Below are positions 23,834 to 39,868 of a DNA stretch of 48,155 nucleotides, piece after piece. How positions within the stretch are numbered: position 1 is the first letter of the stretch; every line of letters starts with the position of its first letter. Below the pieces are notes generated by a model, which worked only from the letters and a program-made list of their open reading frames with translations, made no database searches and was not told the origin of the DNA. Position numbers and translations under genes: made by a program. Origin of the DNA: Guillardia theta CCMP2712 (Eukaryota; Protista; Cryptophyta); contig NW_005434544.1 in NCBI RefSeq assembly GCF_000315625.1, forward strand, positions 136,244 through 184,398, written 5' to 3'.

Positions 23834-26800
23834 ATGCAATACAAACTTGTTCTGGTCGTTTTTGCGCTGCTCTTTGCAGCAAACCTTAGCACAACCTCGG
23901 CGGCTGTGCTCAACATCTACGGAGCTGGAAGTACCTTCGTGCAGGACGTGTATGAAGGAGCTGTCTATACGTACCAGTTCGTGAACCCCAACGTGAAAGT
24001 GCACTATCACCCGACGGGATCAGGAGGAGGGTTGAAGCGTATCATGCAAGGAAGCACGATGTCGCCTGATTCGCACGGACCTCCTTACGACATCGACTTC
24101 TGTGGCTCAGACGAGATCCTGACACCTGATGACTACAAGAAGTATCCTGACATGCAGCTTTACCCTGCTATCGCAGGAGCAGTCGTTCCCATCTACAACA
24201 TCCCTGAGCTGCCAACAAATCTCGACCTGATTCTGCACATGCAGACTATCGTCGACATCTTTGCCGGGAAGATTGAGTACTGGAACCATCCCAGCATCGT
24301 CGATAACAACAAGGGAAACAATGGAGTGGACGCCATCCTGGCTACAGTCAACCAGAAGATCAAGGTGTTCGTCAGGTCTGATTCTTCCGGTACCACCGAA
24401 ATCTTCAAGAATACCCTCTCTGACGTCGACCCCATGTTCAATGTCTACTTCGGCATCGCAAACAACTCCAACACCGCCTGGAAGTCTCCCTACCTTGGCA
24501 ACAACTACACGCATGCACGCGATGGGAACCCTGGGGTGGCTTCAGGGGTAGTTGCCACACCCTACGGCATCGGTTACTCCGTGCTCAGTGACGCTGTGAG
24601 AATCGGGCTGCGCATGGCGAGCGTGGTGAAGCCAGGAAGCACGCAGGTCGTGAAGCCAACGGAAGAAGGAGTGGAGTTCGCCGTGTCGGAGAAGGGGATG
24701 GGTAGGCTACTGTCTCCTCTCTCGCACCTCCCGTGCTGACTTCCCTTGCAGACTTTGGCAACAACGGCGACAGCCCCGACCACCTGACAGCCAACGTGTT
24801 CAACGCCAAGGGTCTGCTTGCCTGGCCCATGGCTGGATACTCCTACCTTGCCATGAGGAAGGATACCATTCGCACCGGAGGGTCCTGCGAGACTCGCGCG
24901 GCGACTGTTGCTTACTGGGAGTGGTTCCATACCTCTCCTGCTGCCAACGACATCGCACGTACCCACGGCTTCTCTCCCCTGCCCATCATCGTGAGGAACA
25001 CAGTGCTTGCTCGCCTCAAGGAGGACATCCTGTGCAAGGGAGTCCCAGTGGTCAAGCCGACGCCCTTCCTCGACGTCAACCAGTCCACCATCCCTGCACT
25101 CTCTCCCTTCATGACCATCCTCTCCCAGTCCTACTCGGTCAGCGAGTCGTCAACTGCTCCCTGCCCCTCGCTGACTTAACGTGCAGGACATCAACGCGTC
25201 TGCGATGCTCGTCAACTTCGAGAACAAGAGCTCCAGCGTCTCTCTGACCTACGGCTCCAAGGACCGCGCGGGCATCTCGCTTGTTCGATCCTCCCAGTAC
25301 GTCTTGGAGTGCAGCTGTGAAGCAAGCCTGACAAACACTTCAGGTTGCCCTCCAACACCAAGTCGCAGTACATGCAGGCGCCTCTTGCTGGCGTTGTCTT
25401 CGGTCTTCTCTTCAACCTCTGCGGCAACGCCAGGCTCACGGACACGTGCAAGTACAAGAGCACAAAGATCTCCGTCAGCGCCTCCACCATCTCCAAGATC
25501 GTCAGCTCACCCACGGTGACGTGGAAGGATGTCGACCCGTCGCTTCCCCCCGAGATCCTCTCCTCCAAGCTCACCGTCCTGTGCCCGACCAAGGGCTCGG
25601 AGATGCAGACAGTGGCTACCGAGTATCTTGCGAGGGAGAACAAGTCCTTCACCATGAGCTCATGGAACTGCGGCTCCTCCAACCACTTCCTTGACACGCA
25701 GACCATCTACGGGTACGTCACTGAGCGATCAGACATCGTTGCACTCTCCTCGCTCGTCAGCCTGCCCTCGGGGCTCAACGTGGCCTCCCTCAAGAACGGA
25801 TCGGTCGGCCCCGTCGACTTCTCCCTCGTCGCTGTCATGAAATGTGCTACCCCGCAGACGCTACTGCCGGGAGGCGCCGGGTACAATCTCAACGAGGGGG
25901 ACATGTCAAAGGGCTGCTACCCCTTTGCCGAGTCGTACAGCATCATGACTCAGCTCCAGTACAAGAAGGATCTCCAGCTGAATCTCACCTGTGAAGGTAA
26001 CGACCCTGTCATCACCATGCAGGAGTACCTCGGGTGGATCTACGGGCATCCCCTAGCGACGGGCTACATCCAGGGCCTCAACTACAACTCCAGCTTGACC
26101 GGGCAGGGCCTCGCTCCCATCGCCTTCGCCGACATCCAGAAGAGCCACCAGCTCGTGCAAGCCATCTCCTGCGACGGGTTTAGCCTCCTCAACCCCTCCT
26201 CCCTCCAGCCCAACACGACTGCCTACATCCTCCTCGGAGCCGTCCTCTTCGTCGCCGCTCTCCTCCTCGGCTCCATCATGTTCGCCGTGCGCAGCGGCAA
26301 GGTAGACATCAACAAGGTGCTCGCAGCCGTCTTCGCCGAGGTGATAGCGTACATCTCATGCCAGCGCAGCAGCTGACGAGTTTGCGCAGGAGATCTGCAT
26401 CCTTTCTGACTGCGTTATCAACGTGGCCGACGTTCTCTCCTTCATGCTCACCATCATCATCAACGTCGTCGGCAGGTTTGGCGCTTGTGCTGATGTGTCA
26501 GCGGCAGCTGGGGAAGGGGGAGCTGAACGTTTTCCCGCAGCAAGAGCCTGATCAACATCCTTCCCGTCTGTATCCTCTGCTCGGCCGCCAGCTGGATCGC
26601 GACCTTCTCGACGCTGCGACTTTCGTTCCTGCAGTTCAAGCACATCATGATCCAGAGGGACAAGAACAAGCACGACCACTTCATCATGAAGCACACCAAG
26701 AACGTCATCGACGACATGTACCCCGAGACAAAGAAGCTGAGGAAGGAGACGTCCACCTCCTCCCGCATCTCCCCCTCCCCCGTCCCCGAGGACCCGGAGA

Positions 26801-27603
26801 TCGCCATGCTCGAGAAGAAGATTTTCCGTCACTTCACCGTCCTGCGCGAGAGTTCCACCACCATGGGCAACATCAGCAGCCTGGACCTCCTGGAGGACCT
26901 GCAGCGCGAGGCTGCGCGTCTCAAGGGCGATCTCTTCATGGTGGCGTTCGAAGTTGTTCCTACCGCAGCTCTCTCGCTCAAGATCATGCTCACGCTCGAG
27001 CAGACCTCAGCTGTCAACTTGGCCTCCCTGCTCCTCTCCACCGTCGTCTTTGGCATGAAGACCAGCGGCCTGTCTACCTACCCGTCGCTCCTTCGCGATA
27101 TCAACAGAGAGAAGTAAGTCTCCCATCTCTCTCCTTCTCCCCTCCTTCTCCCCTCCTTCTCCTCTTCTCTCCCCTCTTCTCCCCTCCTTCTCTTCTTCTC
27201 TCCCCTCTTCTCCCCTCCTTCTCTCCTTCTCCTTCCCTTCTTCTCCCTGCTCTCTTTCCCTTCTCTTCTGTCCTCCACCTTGTCTCCTCCCTCCTCTTTT
27301 CTCTCGTCTCCCCTTCTCCCTTCCCTCTCTTCCTCTCCTCTCTTCCCGGTCTTGACTTTCCTTCCCTCCTCCATCCATTCACTCTCCTCACTTCTTCTTT
27401 GCAGGATCCTCATTGCCAACGAAGTCAGGATGCTCATGGACGACGTGAAGAACGACCTTGTCATGCCCATCACAGTCTCCGTGGAGGGCAAGCAGGAGGC
27501 GAGCACAGCAGGGGCAGCAGTGAGGCACGAAGTCGACCTATCCAGCACTCCAGTCAGGATGGAGGGAATGTCGGCAGTGGTGCCAGGACCAGGAGCAGAG
27601 TGA
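23834..27603 (+). CDS. Signal peptide + PstS phosphate-binding domain + degenerate second PBP domain + ~5 TM segments (candidate phosphate sensor/receptor)
   Basis: Signal peptide MQYKLVLVVFALLFAA; PstS motifs GAGSTF, TGSGGG, IDFCGSD, GAVVPIYN, IFAGKIEYWN, RSDSSGTT, GNPGV, GIGY and AWPMAGYSY; then a second PBP-like region (~25190-26180) and hydrophobic helices at 26220-27060. Introns are in phase and TGA is at 27601-27603. Confidence 0.85.
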
Positions 27604-27908
27604 ATATGTGGTTTTTATCTTATAGATTGATCGGCATTGATGTTGTTGAATTGTTAAGTTTGTGTTGAATTTTCAAGCGTGTATATACAAGCATACAAGC
27701 TTTTACCCTAATCTATGTATCCTCCTCCTCTTTCACCAGCTCCTCCTCCTCCTCCTCCTCCTCCTCCTCCTCCGCNNNNNNNNNNNNNNNNNNNNNNNNN
27801 NNNNNNNNNNNNNNNNNNNNNNNNNNNNNNNNNNNNNNNNNNNNNNNNNNNNNNNNNNNNNNNNNNNNNNNNNNNGCGTCAGACGCGTCGACTCCTAGCT
27901 GATATCAC

Positions 27909-29735
27909 CTTGAACTTGCGGTAAACCTTGGCAGACTTCCAGTCCCACAGCCAAAGTCGACCTAGCAAACCAGTGAGAAGGGAAACGAGCGAAAGAATGG
28001 AGGAGGAGGAGGAGGAGGAGGAGGAGGAGGAGGAGGAGGAGGAGGAGGAGGAGGAGGAGGAGGAGGAGGAAGAGAGGAGGAGGAGGATAAGGATGAGGAA
28101 GAGGAGGAGGAGGAGGAGAGTGCAGGAAACGCACCATCTCCATCGCCACTGAGGACGTACTTGAGATCGGGCGAAACTCCAACCTGACAGAACACTCAGC
28201 AAACCTGCAAACCATCTCATCGCAACGTGACTCCACCTGGCATGCGTATCCAGCGATCGTGTGCCCCACGAAGAGCTTCTTCTTGTTCAACTTGAACCTG
28301 CGCGACCGTCAAGCACGGGAGGCAGCGCTGGCCGGCCTTACCTGTCTCCACTCATGTAGCACAGGATCTGGTTGTCCAGCGACTGACACAGCAGGTACTT
28401 GGGGTTGCCGTTGTCGAAGGGGGCGGCGGTGACTGCGGGCATGGCATGCATCCAGGGTTCGCTGATGTGCTTCATGGGAGCGGTACCGATGCCGTACTCC
28501 CAGAGGAAGAGCTTCTTGTCGTCGGCCGTCGACACGACCCTCCTGTTCCCGTCGATGAAGGTAACGGTATTGACGGCGCCGAGGTGCTGGATGTACTCTT
28601 GCACCAGCGAGCTCCTGTTGGGGTGCCTTGGGTCCCACTGCAGGATGTTCTTGCAGGAAGAGCCTGCGAGGATGTTGTCGTCGCCTGGATGGATCTTCAC
28701 CGAGTATGGGATACCCTTTGACCTCCAGCTCTTCAGGCAAGTCCCAGTCTCTGTGTCCCAGTACCGCACGACCTTGTCGTAGCCGACGGACGCGAACTGC
28801 CTGCCATCGGTAGAGAAGCAAATGTCTCTCACGGCCTTCTGATGACCCATGTAAGTGCGGAGAGTCTTGCGATTGTTGTAAACATCCCAGATCTTGATCT
28901 TGCAGTCCATGGAAGCAGAGAGCAGCAGATGGCCTGTCTTGGGGAACCAGCGGATCGCCTGAACTCCCTTGGTATGACCAGACCAGGTGTGAACGGAGAC
29001 TTTGGGAATGTAGGATTGAGGCTCAACCGCCTTGATGTCGGTCGGCGCATCGATCCAAGTTCGACCCTGGTAATCCTTTGTCTCCTTTCCATGAAAGATG
29101 CTCGAGGCCTCAAAGATGGAGACCTCTGCCTTCTCCTTCACCGTCTCGGCTGCTTCCTTGGCCGCCTTCTCCGCCTCTTCGATGGCCTTCACGTCCTGAG
29201 CCATCTCCGCAGCTTCCTCTGACGTCATCGCAGTGCCCAGACCAGCGAGCACCTGTTCAGCTGCCGAGTCGTCAAGCTTCCTCTTCTTCGCATCACGCTT
29301 GGTGGCCTGATGGACAGTCCTCCCCTGCATCAGGTTCCATGCCGAACGGTCGCCGACTATGTTGGAGCCGAACATGCTGTCGTTAGCGGCCGAAGGGTCC
29401 ATCGCGAACCCGAAGGTGTTGAAGGTTTGGTGCTGCTCTTCGAAGTGAAAATCTGCCACGTTGGTTCGCTCGATGAAGCCCCCCAGCGTGTTCCGCATGC
29501 CTGGAGTGATGCCGTTCTGGTAGTAGGGGTTGGACGGCCCGGCCTCGGGGGTCCACAGAGCCTCGTAGGAGGGGTTGTAGGTGACCATCTTGGAGTTGTT
29601 CGCCACCATCTTTTGAGTCTCGCTCGTGAGATCTGCCTTGCCCACATCGGGAGCCGCTTGCACTGTGATGGCAAGTGAGCCCTGAGACTTGGACTTGTTG
29701 TCCTCATCCGATCCGTATCCGAACACTGCGTCCAT
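27909..29735 (-). CDS. CDC40: Pre-mRNA-processing factor 17 (WD40); last exon probably lost in gap 27776-27875
   Basis: HTWSGHTKGVQAIRWFPKTGHLLLSASMDCKIKIWDVYNNRKTLRTYMGH, QEYIQHLGAVNTVTF, HISEPWMHAMP, CQSLDNQI, KKLFVGHTIAGYACQ, SPDLKYVLSGDGDG and LWLWDWKS. Confidence 0.96.
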
Positions 29736-31884
29736 AATGCTTTAAATTCACTGATGCTCCGAGCCTCTCTAGTGTGGAGAAGACATCTGCCAGCGATAGA
29801 ATTCTTCCTTGCAATACCTGAGTAAGAGAATCAGGTCAGTCACATGTATGATGATCTCAGTGTTTGGATAGAGAAAGAAGGTCATAGCATTGTACTACTC
29901 TCTCTCGATCTTATGCTACTGCTAGTTTGTGCCTCAACGATGATTCACTCGGCATTTCAACCATCCCAATAGCCATGCTTTCGCATGAATCCCCTCAACG
30001 TGCCAATTTGGGGAAAAACAACACCCCTCTATCACATTGTCACACTAACTCTCCTCATACTACCCGGCGTCCACGACTACCACGACTACTACCACAACAA
30101 CCATTACAACCATCCTCCTACACAACTTCTACTCGTACTCGTACTCGTACTCGTACTCGTACTCGTACTCGTACTCCTACAGCAACTACAACACCTTCTC
30201 CTAGTTTTTCTCAAGCAGATAGTTCCCTCATCCGAGTAGCTCTCGGAGTGGTCATGGTCACCATCTCAAATATGCTCAAAAAAAGAAAACGTGTCGCTCA
30301 TCCAGGGTCCTCAGACACCTATATCATTGTATCTATCTACACGTCAATTTCCCAATGAGCCATCTTGATTCCATCAATCACAGTCTCCTTCTTACTGCCG
30401 ATGCATTTTCTTTCCTCCCCTGCTTTCCCTTCCGATCGCTCTATCCCGTCTGTAGCTGCTTCCATTTTCTCCCTTGCTCGCTGCCTCAACAAACTTCACT
30501 AATCCCCCTGGATGTTTGATCTACTCATTACCCTTCTTCAACATCTCAAGCCCTCTCCTCTCTCCCCTCCCTCTCCCTTCTACCCGCTAGTCCCTGCTGC
30601 TTTCTGCTTCATGGACTCATGCCTCCCTCCTCTCTCCCTTCACTTTTCTTCTACTCCTCCTGTTCTCCCCTGAATATCAATTCTCATCTCATCCTCTACC
30701 TCTTTCCTCTACCTCTCTCCTCCTCTCCTCCTCCTGCCCTCCTCTCCTCCTCCTTCCCCTCTCCCTCTCCCTGCATCTTCCTCGTGCCCTTCGCAGCAAA
30801 GTTAACTAAAAATGCAGGATCGATTCACAGCCAACACTGAGAGTCCGGTCGCCGAACACTGCCGGGCCCGGACCGGGCCCGTCGCCACCGATCGGACCAC
30901 GGCGTGACTGGCACGGTGCCGCCCGGCACTGCTGGTGCTCATCATGATAACTGTAAGTCAGGCTTAACTTTAGCCTGAGCTACTACCTTCAGTTGTCACG
31001 CCTGAATCTTTCGGATCAGTGAGGGTACTGAGAACCGGCGTTGAACTTCCGACTCGTGAACGCGGTGCCTGCAACCGTTGAACGCGGCAGGTTGGCAAGT
31101 TGCCATTGTGCGGTAGGACGGTCCCCCCAGGATGATGGAGAAGGCTGAAGATGGTGGCATTTATCCGGTGGGGCCGCAATGCGGCGCCGGAGGTCAAACG
31201 GAAGTCCATGAAGAAACTTGTCACAGTGGCAGCCACCAAGCTGATGGGCTGCTGCAGTCCATAATTGAGTGCCAGATCTGAGTCTTGCGCTGAGTGTAAA
31301 CGTGATTCGGACGAGTCGTCCTGAGAGCCGTGTGGTGAACTGCCAGTGGCAACAGGATAGCCAGATGATATCTGCTCGTGCATTCCGAGTTCATTCTTGT
31401 CACACCCCGAAGCCTCTTCACGGGTTGCAGACGTCTACAGCGAACTTCTTGATGCTCAAGGTACCTGCGCTGGATCACACACAAACCAGGGTGAGGAGTA
31501 GAGATATGAAGTTTATTTGATAACACGAACACACTATCGATTCGTGGCACACACAGCAAGGGGAAGAACAGACCCCTCGTGGCTGTAAGAGAAGACCATA
31601 GCTTCTCTTTCTGCCCACTCCTGCTCAATGAGATTCCTTCCTGCAGCCTTCGAGCTCACCTTTACAGCAGAGCTCTGATAATCTTCTACGGTGGCTGCCA
31701 AGTCACTGATCGGGAACGATGTCGTATTAACCCGTATTTGAGGATCACGGACGGTTCTCTATCTTCTGGGTATTCCCAGCTGCATGTAACATTCCCATCT
31801 GTGTCTGCATGTAAGATTCCCATCTATGTATTGTGTGCACTATGTACATTCTCCTCCTCTTCAACCCTCTCACACGGCGGCCTC

Positions 31885-32146
<262 letters not shown>

Positions 32147-32442
32147 TAGCACCCCCAGGGGGTGGGGGTGCTAATGAGTCGTAGTGGGGAGGGGTAGTTG
32201 ATACGACAAGGGGGGTGGTATTCCTGTGTGTTTACTTCATGGGTGGGATGGGGTGGGGACTTCTTCTCTGCAGATGTGGGGTACAGAATGTGAAGAGCAG
32301 GGGTAGTAAATTCCAGCAGCTTCATAATTTGGTGCTGGGGTGGGTGATCAAGAGGCAAGGTAATTATGAGGGGGTAGGGGTACCAAAAACTGTTTTTAAA
32401 AGGTACGTGGGTGGTCTGGCAATATCGCTGGATGGTTTCGAC

Positions 32443-34420
32443 ATGGGGGCGCTATGCGGCAAGGTCGACGTGGCGCAGGGGATAGAGAAGAGAGCAGGGA
32501 TCAAAGAGAGTAGGGAGAAGACGAGAGACACTAGCCAGAACTACATAGGAGGGGACAGCACTTGTTACAGCGGAGAAGACCTCAAGATCCAAAGCAAGAT
32601 AGTCGTCAGCGAACAGTGCTTGATCTACGGAGGGTCGGTAAAGATTGAGCGAGGGAGTGAGGAGGAATTCATCAAAGTTTGTGATAATCAAACTAAGATG
32701 GTGCAAGATGCAAGTCAAGTTTCCTGCCCTATCATACCCTTTCTTGACGATGTCGACAAGAATGAGAGAATAACGCACGGGCATCGGTTGGATGGTGATC
32801 AAGGTACAGGGCGTTGATTTTGATTATAACTTGTATCGCGAACTTACTCTGATCTATCTAGAATGTTTTGGACCGAATGCTGATAGACATGACGACCCAT
32901 CCTTGGCGAACAACACGCTGAGCGTGGAAGGAACGATCATGGATGCTTTGAGTGTGAGGGACAAGTCAAGCTATGATTCTCATCCCGGTACCTCAAACGC
33001 AGCTCTATGTGCCTGATGCATGTATGATATGTCCCCGTCTCGTCATGTGACTTCTGCAGATGTTTCATTTGACTCGAGTGTTAGAATGTCGTTCTTCTAG
33101 CTCGATAATCCCTTCCTCGTCCCTTGATCTGTCGCCCTATGTTGAGACATTGCCATGTTTAATTGCCAACCCTTGATTCTTGTGCCCTCTATCCAGATGG
33201 CGACCAAGATTTCAGATCGTCAGAAGAGACTTCAGAACTCAGCTCTGCTACACGTCGAAGTACGGACGAGACAAGCATCATGAAGACACCCTCGGACTGG
33301 CACCGAGCGTTCGAGGAGGAGCGAGCGAGGGCGATGGCAGAAGATAGGATGCGATCGACTGGGTCGACGAATCAGAGCACGGGGAGGTCGGATGGGGAGA
33401 GGACAGCATCAGACTGGCACCGAGCGTTCGAGGAGGAGCGAGCGAGGGCGATGGTAGAAGAGAGGATTCGATCGACTGGGTCGACGAATCAGAGCACGGG
33501 GAGGTCGGATGGGGAGAGGACAGCATCAGACTGGCACCGAGCGTTCGAGGAGGAGCGAGCGAGGGCGATGGCAGAAGATAGGATGCGATCGACTGGGTCG
33601 GCGAATCAGAGCACGGGGAGGTCGGATGGGGAGAGGACAGCATCAGACTGGCACCGAGCGTTCGAGGAGGAGCGAGCGAGGGCGATGGTAGAAGAGAGAA
33701 TGCGATCGAATAGTGACGAGGGCTGGGGCGATGACGTCAGCAAAACGTTTTCGATGCAGCCGGTCATCGCGGAGCTCCCGGATCTTGAGAAGAGCACAGG
33801 TCTGCCTTGTCTGCATTCGGTTTTGCAGTCTCACCCCCATCCTCTCAGCCGACAGCTCAATGATTGAATCCCCGCTCTCGCTGGTGATCCTCCACGTCAT
33901 TCCTCTACCCTTCCTCCTCGTCCTCCACCCTCCTCGATCACCTTGCTCCTCCACCACTTCCTCCTCTTCTCTCGTTGCTCCTCCCCTTGCTCACATTGTT
34001 CCTTGCAGGTCGACGGGGATGAGCCACGCCTGCCGGGCCTCAATCGAGCTCATTCCAACCTAGAAGTGCAGGTAACCGTCCTGCCTCTCCTCCTCTCTCC
34101 CCCCTTCCACCTCTCGCACACGGCGCTCGTGCTCGGTGCTTGCTACTTCAGTGCTCTCCCTGCTCCAGTGAGCTGACTGACTCGTTGTCTCAGCTTGCCA
34201 TCCTGCTCAAGGAGGCCCAGGAGGCAGGAAGCGTCATAATTAGCTCCCCCTTGAGCGTCGACACCGACAACAGCAGTCCGCGATCCAGAGCAGGTCCGAT
34301 CCGCAGCTACTGGGAGTCCGGTGTGGCTGGGGAGCAGCTGGAGGTACTAAGTTGTGTCGCCGTACTGCGGATGCCCCGCTGAACTCGTGGCAGGATCGAT
34401 TTGTGAGAGCAGCACGATGA
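32443..34420 (+). CDS. Hypothetical protein with N-terminal MGxxCGK acylation motif and 39-aa tandem repeats
   Basis: Starts MGALCGK. Coding-like exons are separated by short GT-AG introns, and the repeat exon at ~33200-33800 is open. Exon details and stop are approximate. Confidence 0.55.
33292..33710 (+). repeat. 117-bp coding tandem repeat (39 aa, SDWHRAFEEERARAM.E.R.RSTGS.NQSTGRSDGERTA), about 3.6 copies
   Basis: GACTGGCACC recurs at 33295, 33412, 33529 and 33646. Confidence 0.95.
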
Positions 34421-34619
34421 TTTAACCTCCCGTTGTCGGCGGGATGCGGGGGAAGCAGCAGCAGGAGGAGGAGCCTGAGGACTGACTCAATGAGGGGCAG
34501 TGTAGTAAGATGAATCATGGTTAATGGAAGGGCATCAATGAGACAGGCTTCAGAAGCTAGGGCAGCCTGAGAATCATGAAACTCCGACTGTCAGTGTTTT
34601 TCACGGGGATGTAGGGACT

Positions 34620-35375
34620 CGGAACGACGGTCTCAAGTTTGCCGCTGTTCGCGGCGTCAGTCACACGGCGGCGAAGGTGACTCAGCAGTCTCAACCGTTT
34701 TTACTACCGTCACGGTACTGAGGCCCGGCCCGGTCACCGTACCCGGATCACCGTACCTCGGCGCCCGGGCGCCGGTCAGTCCGAGATGCCGCTGATGATC
34801 ATCATTCCACTGCCAGGTGACCGGCGTCACTACCGGGTACTCCGGGACCGTCGCCGGATCGGACCTCGGACCGGGCCCGTGCCGCGCCCCGCTCAGCGGC
34901 AGCACGGTCCTGACCGTGCCACTGTTCCAGGCCTGGATCACCGTTGAACAGGGCAAGTTTCCGGGTTGAATGACCGCCGCCGGGCCGCGCGGCATCATTC
35001 CGCATGGGACCGGCGTCTGCGGCCGACAACGCCGCCGTAGCGGCCGGCCCGAGTCGGTCATCGGATCCGGCGAGTCGCCGGGGGCCCCCGGGGCCGCCCG
35101 GCGGCGGCGGCGCAAGCCGGCTGACTCAGTGAGCCGCTAATCGGACGGCGAGTCACGGATAAACTGAGCAGTCACGATCGCCATCTCATGCGCCGGAGTC
35201 AGGCTGGCAGCCGCGATAGGCTAGTGAGGCACCGCTCGGAACACTGAAGTGAAACCGGCGGGCCCGGCCTCCGAGCCTCGGAGCCTCAGCGGCGTCGGCC
35301 CGAGGGCGCGGGGCGGCCTAGCCTCAGTGGCAGTGGTGAAATTCCACGGCTTCCAGGGCATCACCGAGTCAAACA
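34620..35375. other. GC-rich palindrome-dense intergenic island 4 (island 3 is the small one at ~30835-30960)
   Basis: Same word composition as islands 1 and 2. Confidence 0.6.
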
Positions 35376-35379
35376 GCTA

Positions 35380-35505
35380 GTAGTTCTATACCATAAAACT
35401 TCTATGTAGTTCTATACTATAAACTTCTATGTAGTTCTATACTATAAAACTTCTATCTGTAGTTCTATACTATAAAGCTCATACTATAAAACTATAAACT
35501 TCTAA
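35380..35505. repeat. AT-rich 25-28-bp tandem repeat TAGTTCTATACTATAAA(A)CTTCTATG, about 4 copies
   Basis: Directly visible. Confidence 0.85.
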
Positions 35506-36350
35506 CGTTTTAGTCATTTAAAGCTGGTCGCCCCCTACGCCGCCGGGCGGCACGTGCGCTCACAGTTCACCCCCTTTTAGCGACCACCCCACCCCCTTTT
35601 GACAACACCTGCAGCACCTGCCCACGACCCTCCGATAGACCGTGGGGGCGGCTTCATGGGTTCATGTGCCCCCAATATGTGTGGCCTGAAAATCACCCGT
35701 GTGTGATGATGAGGGGGGTGGTCAAGTTTGAGGTGGGGTGGGCTGAAGCGGCTGGGATGCAATTGCAGGGTGGGGTTATCCTTTAACATATTTTTAAAGC
35801 TCGAGAAATCCCTGCGATATTTGTACCATGTGCGTTTTACAATATCAATAATAGTTTTATCCATTTTATGCTATTTGAAAAGTGTTTTGACATGAATATG
35901 TATTTATTTATATACATATAAGTTTATCATTTTTTCTACCACTGCATTGCCAATAGCCTGCACAGAACTATTTCAATTTTAGATTATACAAAAAATATTT
36001 TTCTTTTATACAAACAAATACCATACTCCAGAAAAAATAAAACATATATTATATTTTTACTCTCATAGTATCTTTTCTAAAACTTGTACAACCACTTATA
36101 ATTCACCGGTACCGGCCTCGCCTCGTGCGCCAGCCTGAGTTCTTTTTCTATCGCAGGGGGTCCTTTTTCGGTGCTCGTTCTCTGTGTAAGCTCCAATTAA
36201 TCCACATATATTCACTTACATGATGGATGAATTATTAGTCAATATGGTTTTATATACAAAGTAAACCTTCATGACTGATCAAAAGTGGAGAGGGGAGACT
36301 CCTACTGGGAAGAATGGACCCCTGAGTGCGAAAAAAAGGTTTTCGGAGCC

Positions 36351-39327
<2,977 letters not shown>

Positions 39328-39868
39328 GAGGGACAACATGGTTGTTGCCCTGGGTGTAATGTACGTTCTTTCGTATTTGGTGCTGCAAAGATTGTTTGAG
39401 TTGGTGGCGTTTCCGCGCGAAGAGGCGGAGAGAGTGGTTGGCGAGTGGAGCAGCGCACACGTGCAGGGGCTTTGCTATGTCAGCTGGAGCAACGCTTGTT
39501 GAAACTCACCGACGGTTTCTGTGGTGCGTGTGATGTGCGAGCTCCAGCCTTTGCCATCCTCGGCCTCACTGACGTTGGCAAGGGCAACGATGCGCGGCAG
39601 GCAGGATTCAGCCCTAGTCTGCTGTGTCCAGTCTTCTATTCATTACTAGTTTGATCCCACATGGAATTCGCAAAAAAATATCTGCCGAGGTAATGTTTTC
39701 ATATTGCGAGTTCGTTGAAAAACCATAAGAGAAAAACTAAAGAGCCCCGAATAAATAAATATGGGAATCTGACATGTCAATTCCTAGTCAACCTTCACTT
39801 AACCTATTTCAATTCACATGATAGCTACGAGAATTCTCACCATTTAACCCCTAGAGTCTCTTGACTCC

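Noticed and set aside
23834-25140. Bacterial contamination or pst operon
   Set aside because: The gene has spliceosomal introns and host-like codon style, and no pstC/A/B or phoU is nearby.
30970-31800. Possible gene between CDC40 and the CCTG array
   Set aside because: Only short ORFs on both strands, with no consistent spliced model or recognisable motif.
36150-36195. U6 snRNA-like words on the minus strand (ACAGAGAA...CCCCTGCG)
   Set aside because: It lacks the conserved GATTAGCATGG and CAAGGATGACACG segments and the spacing is wrong, so it is likely chance.
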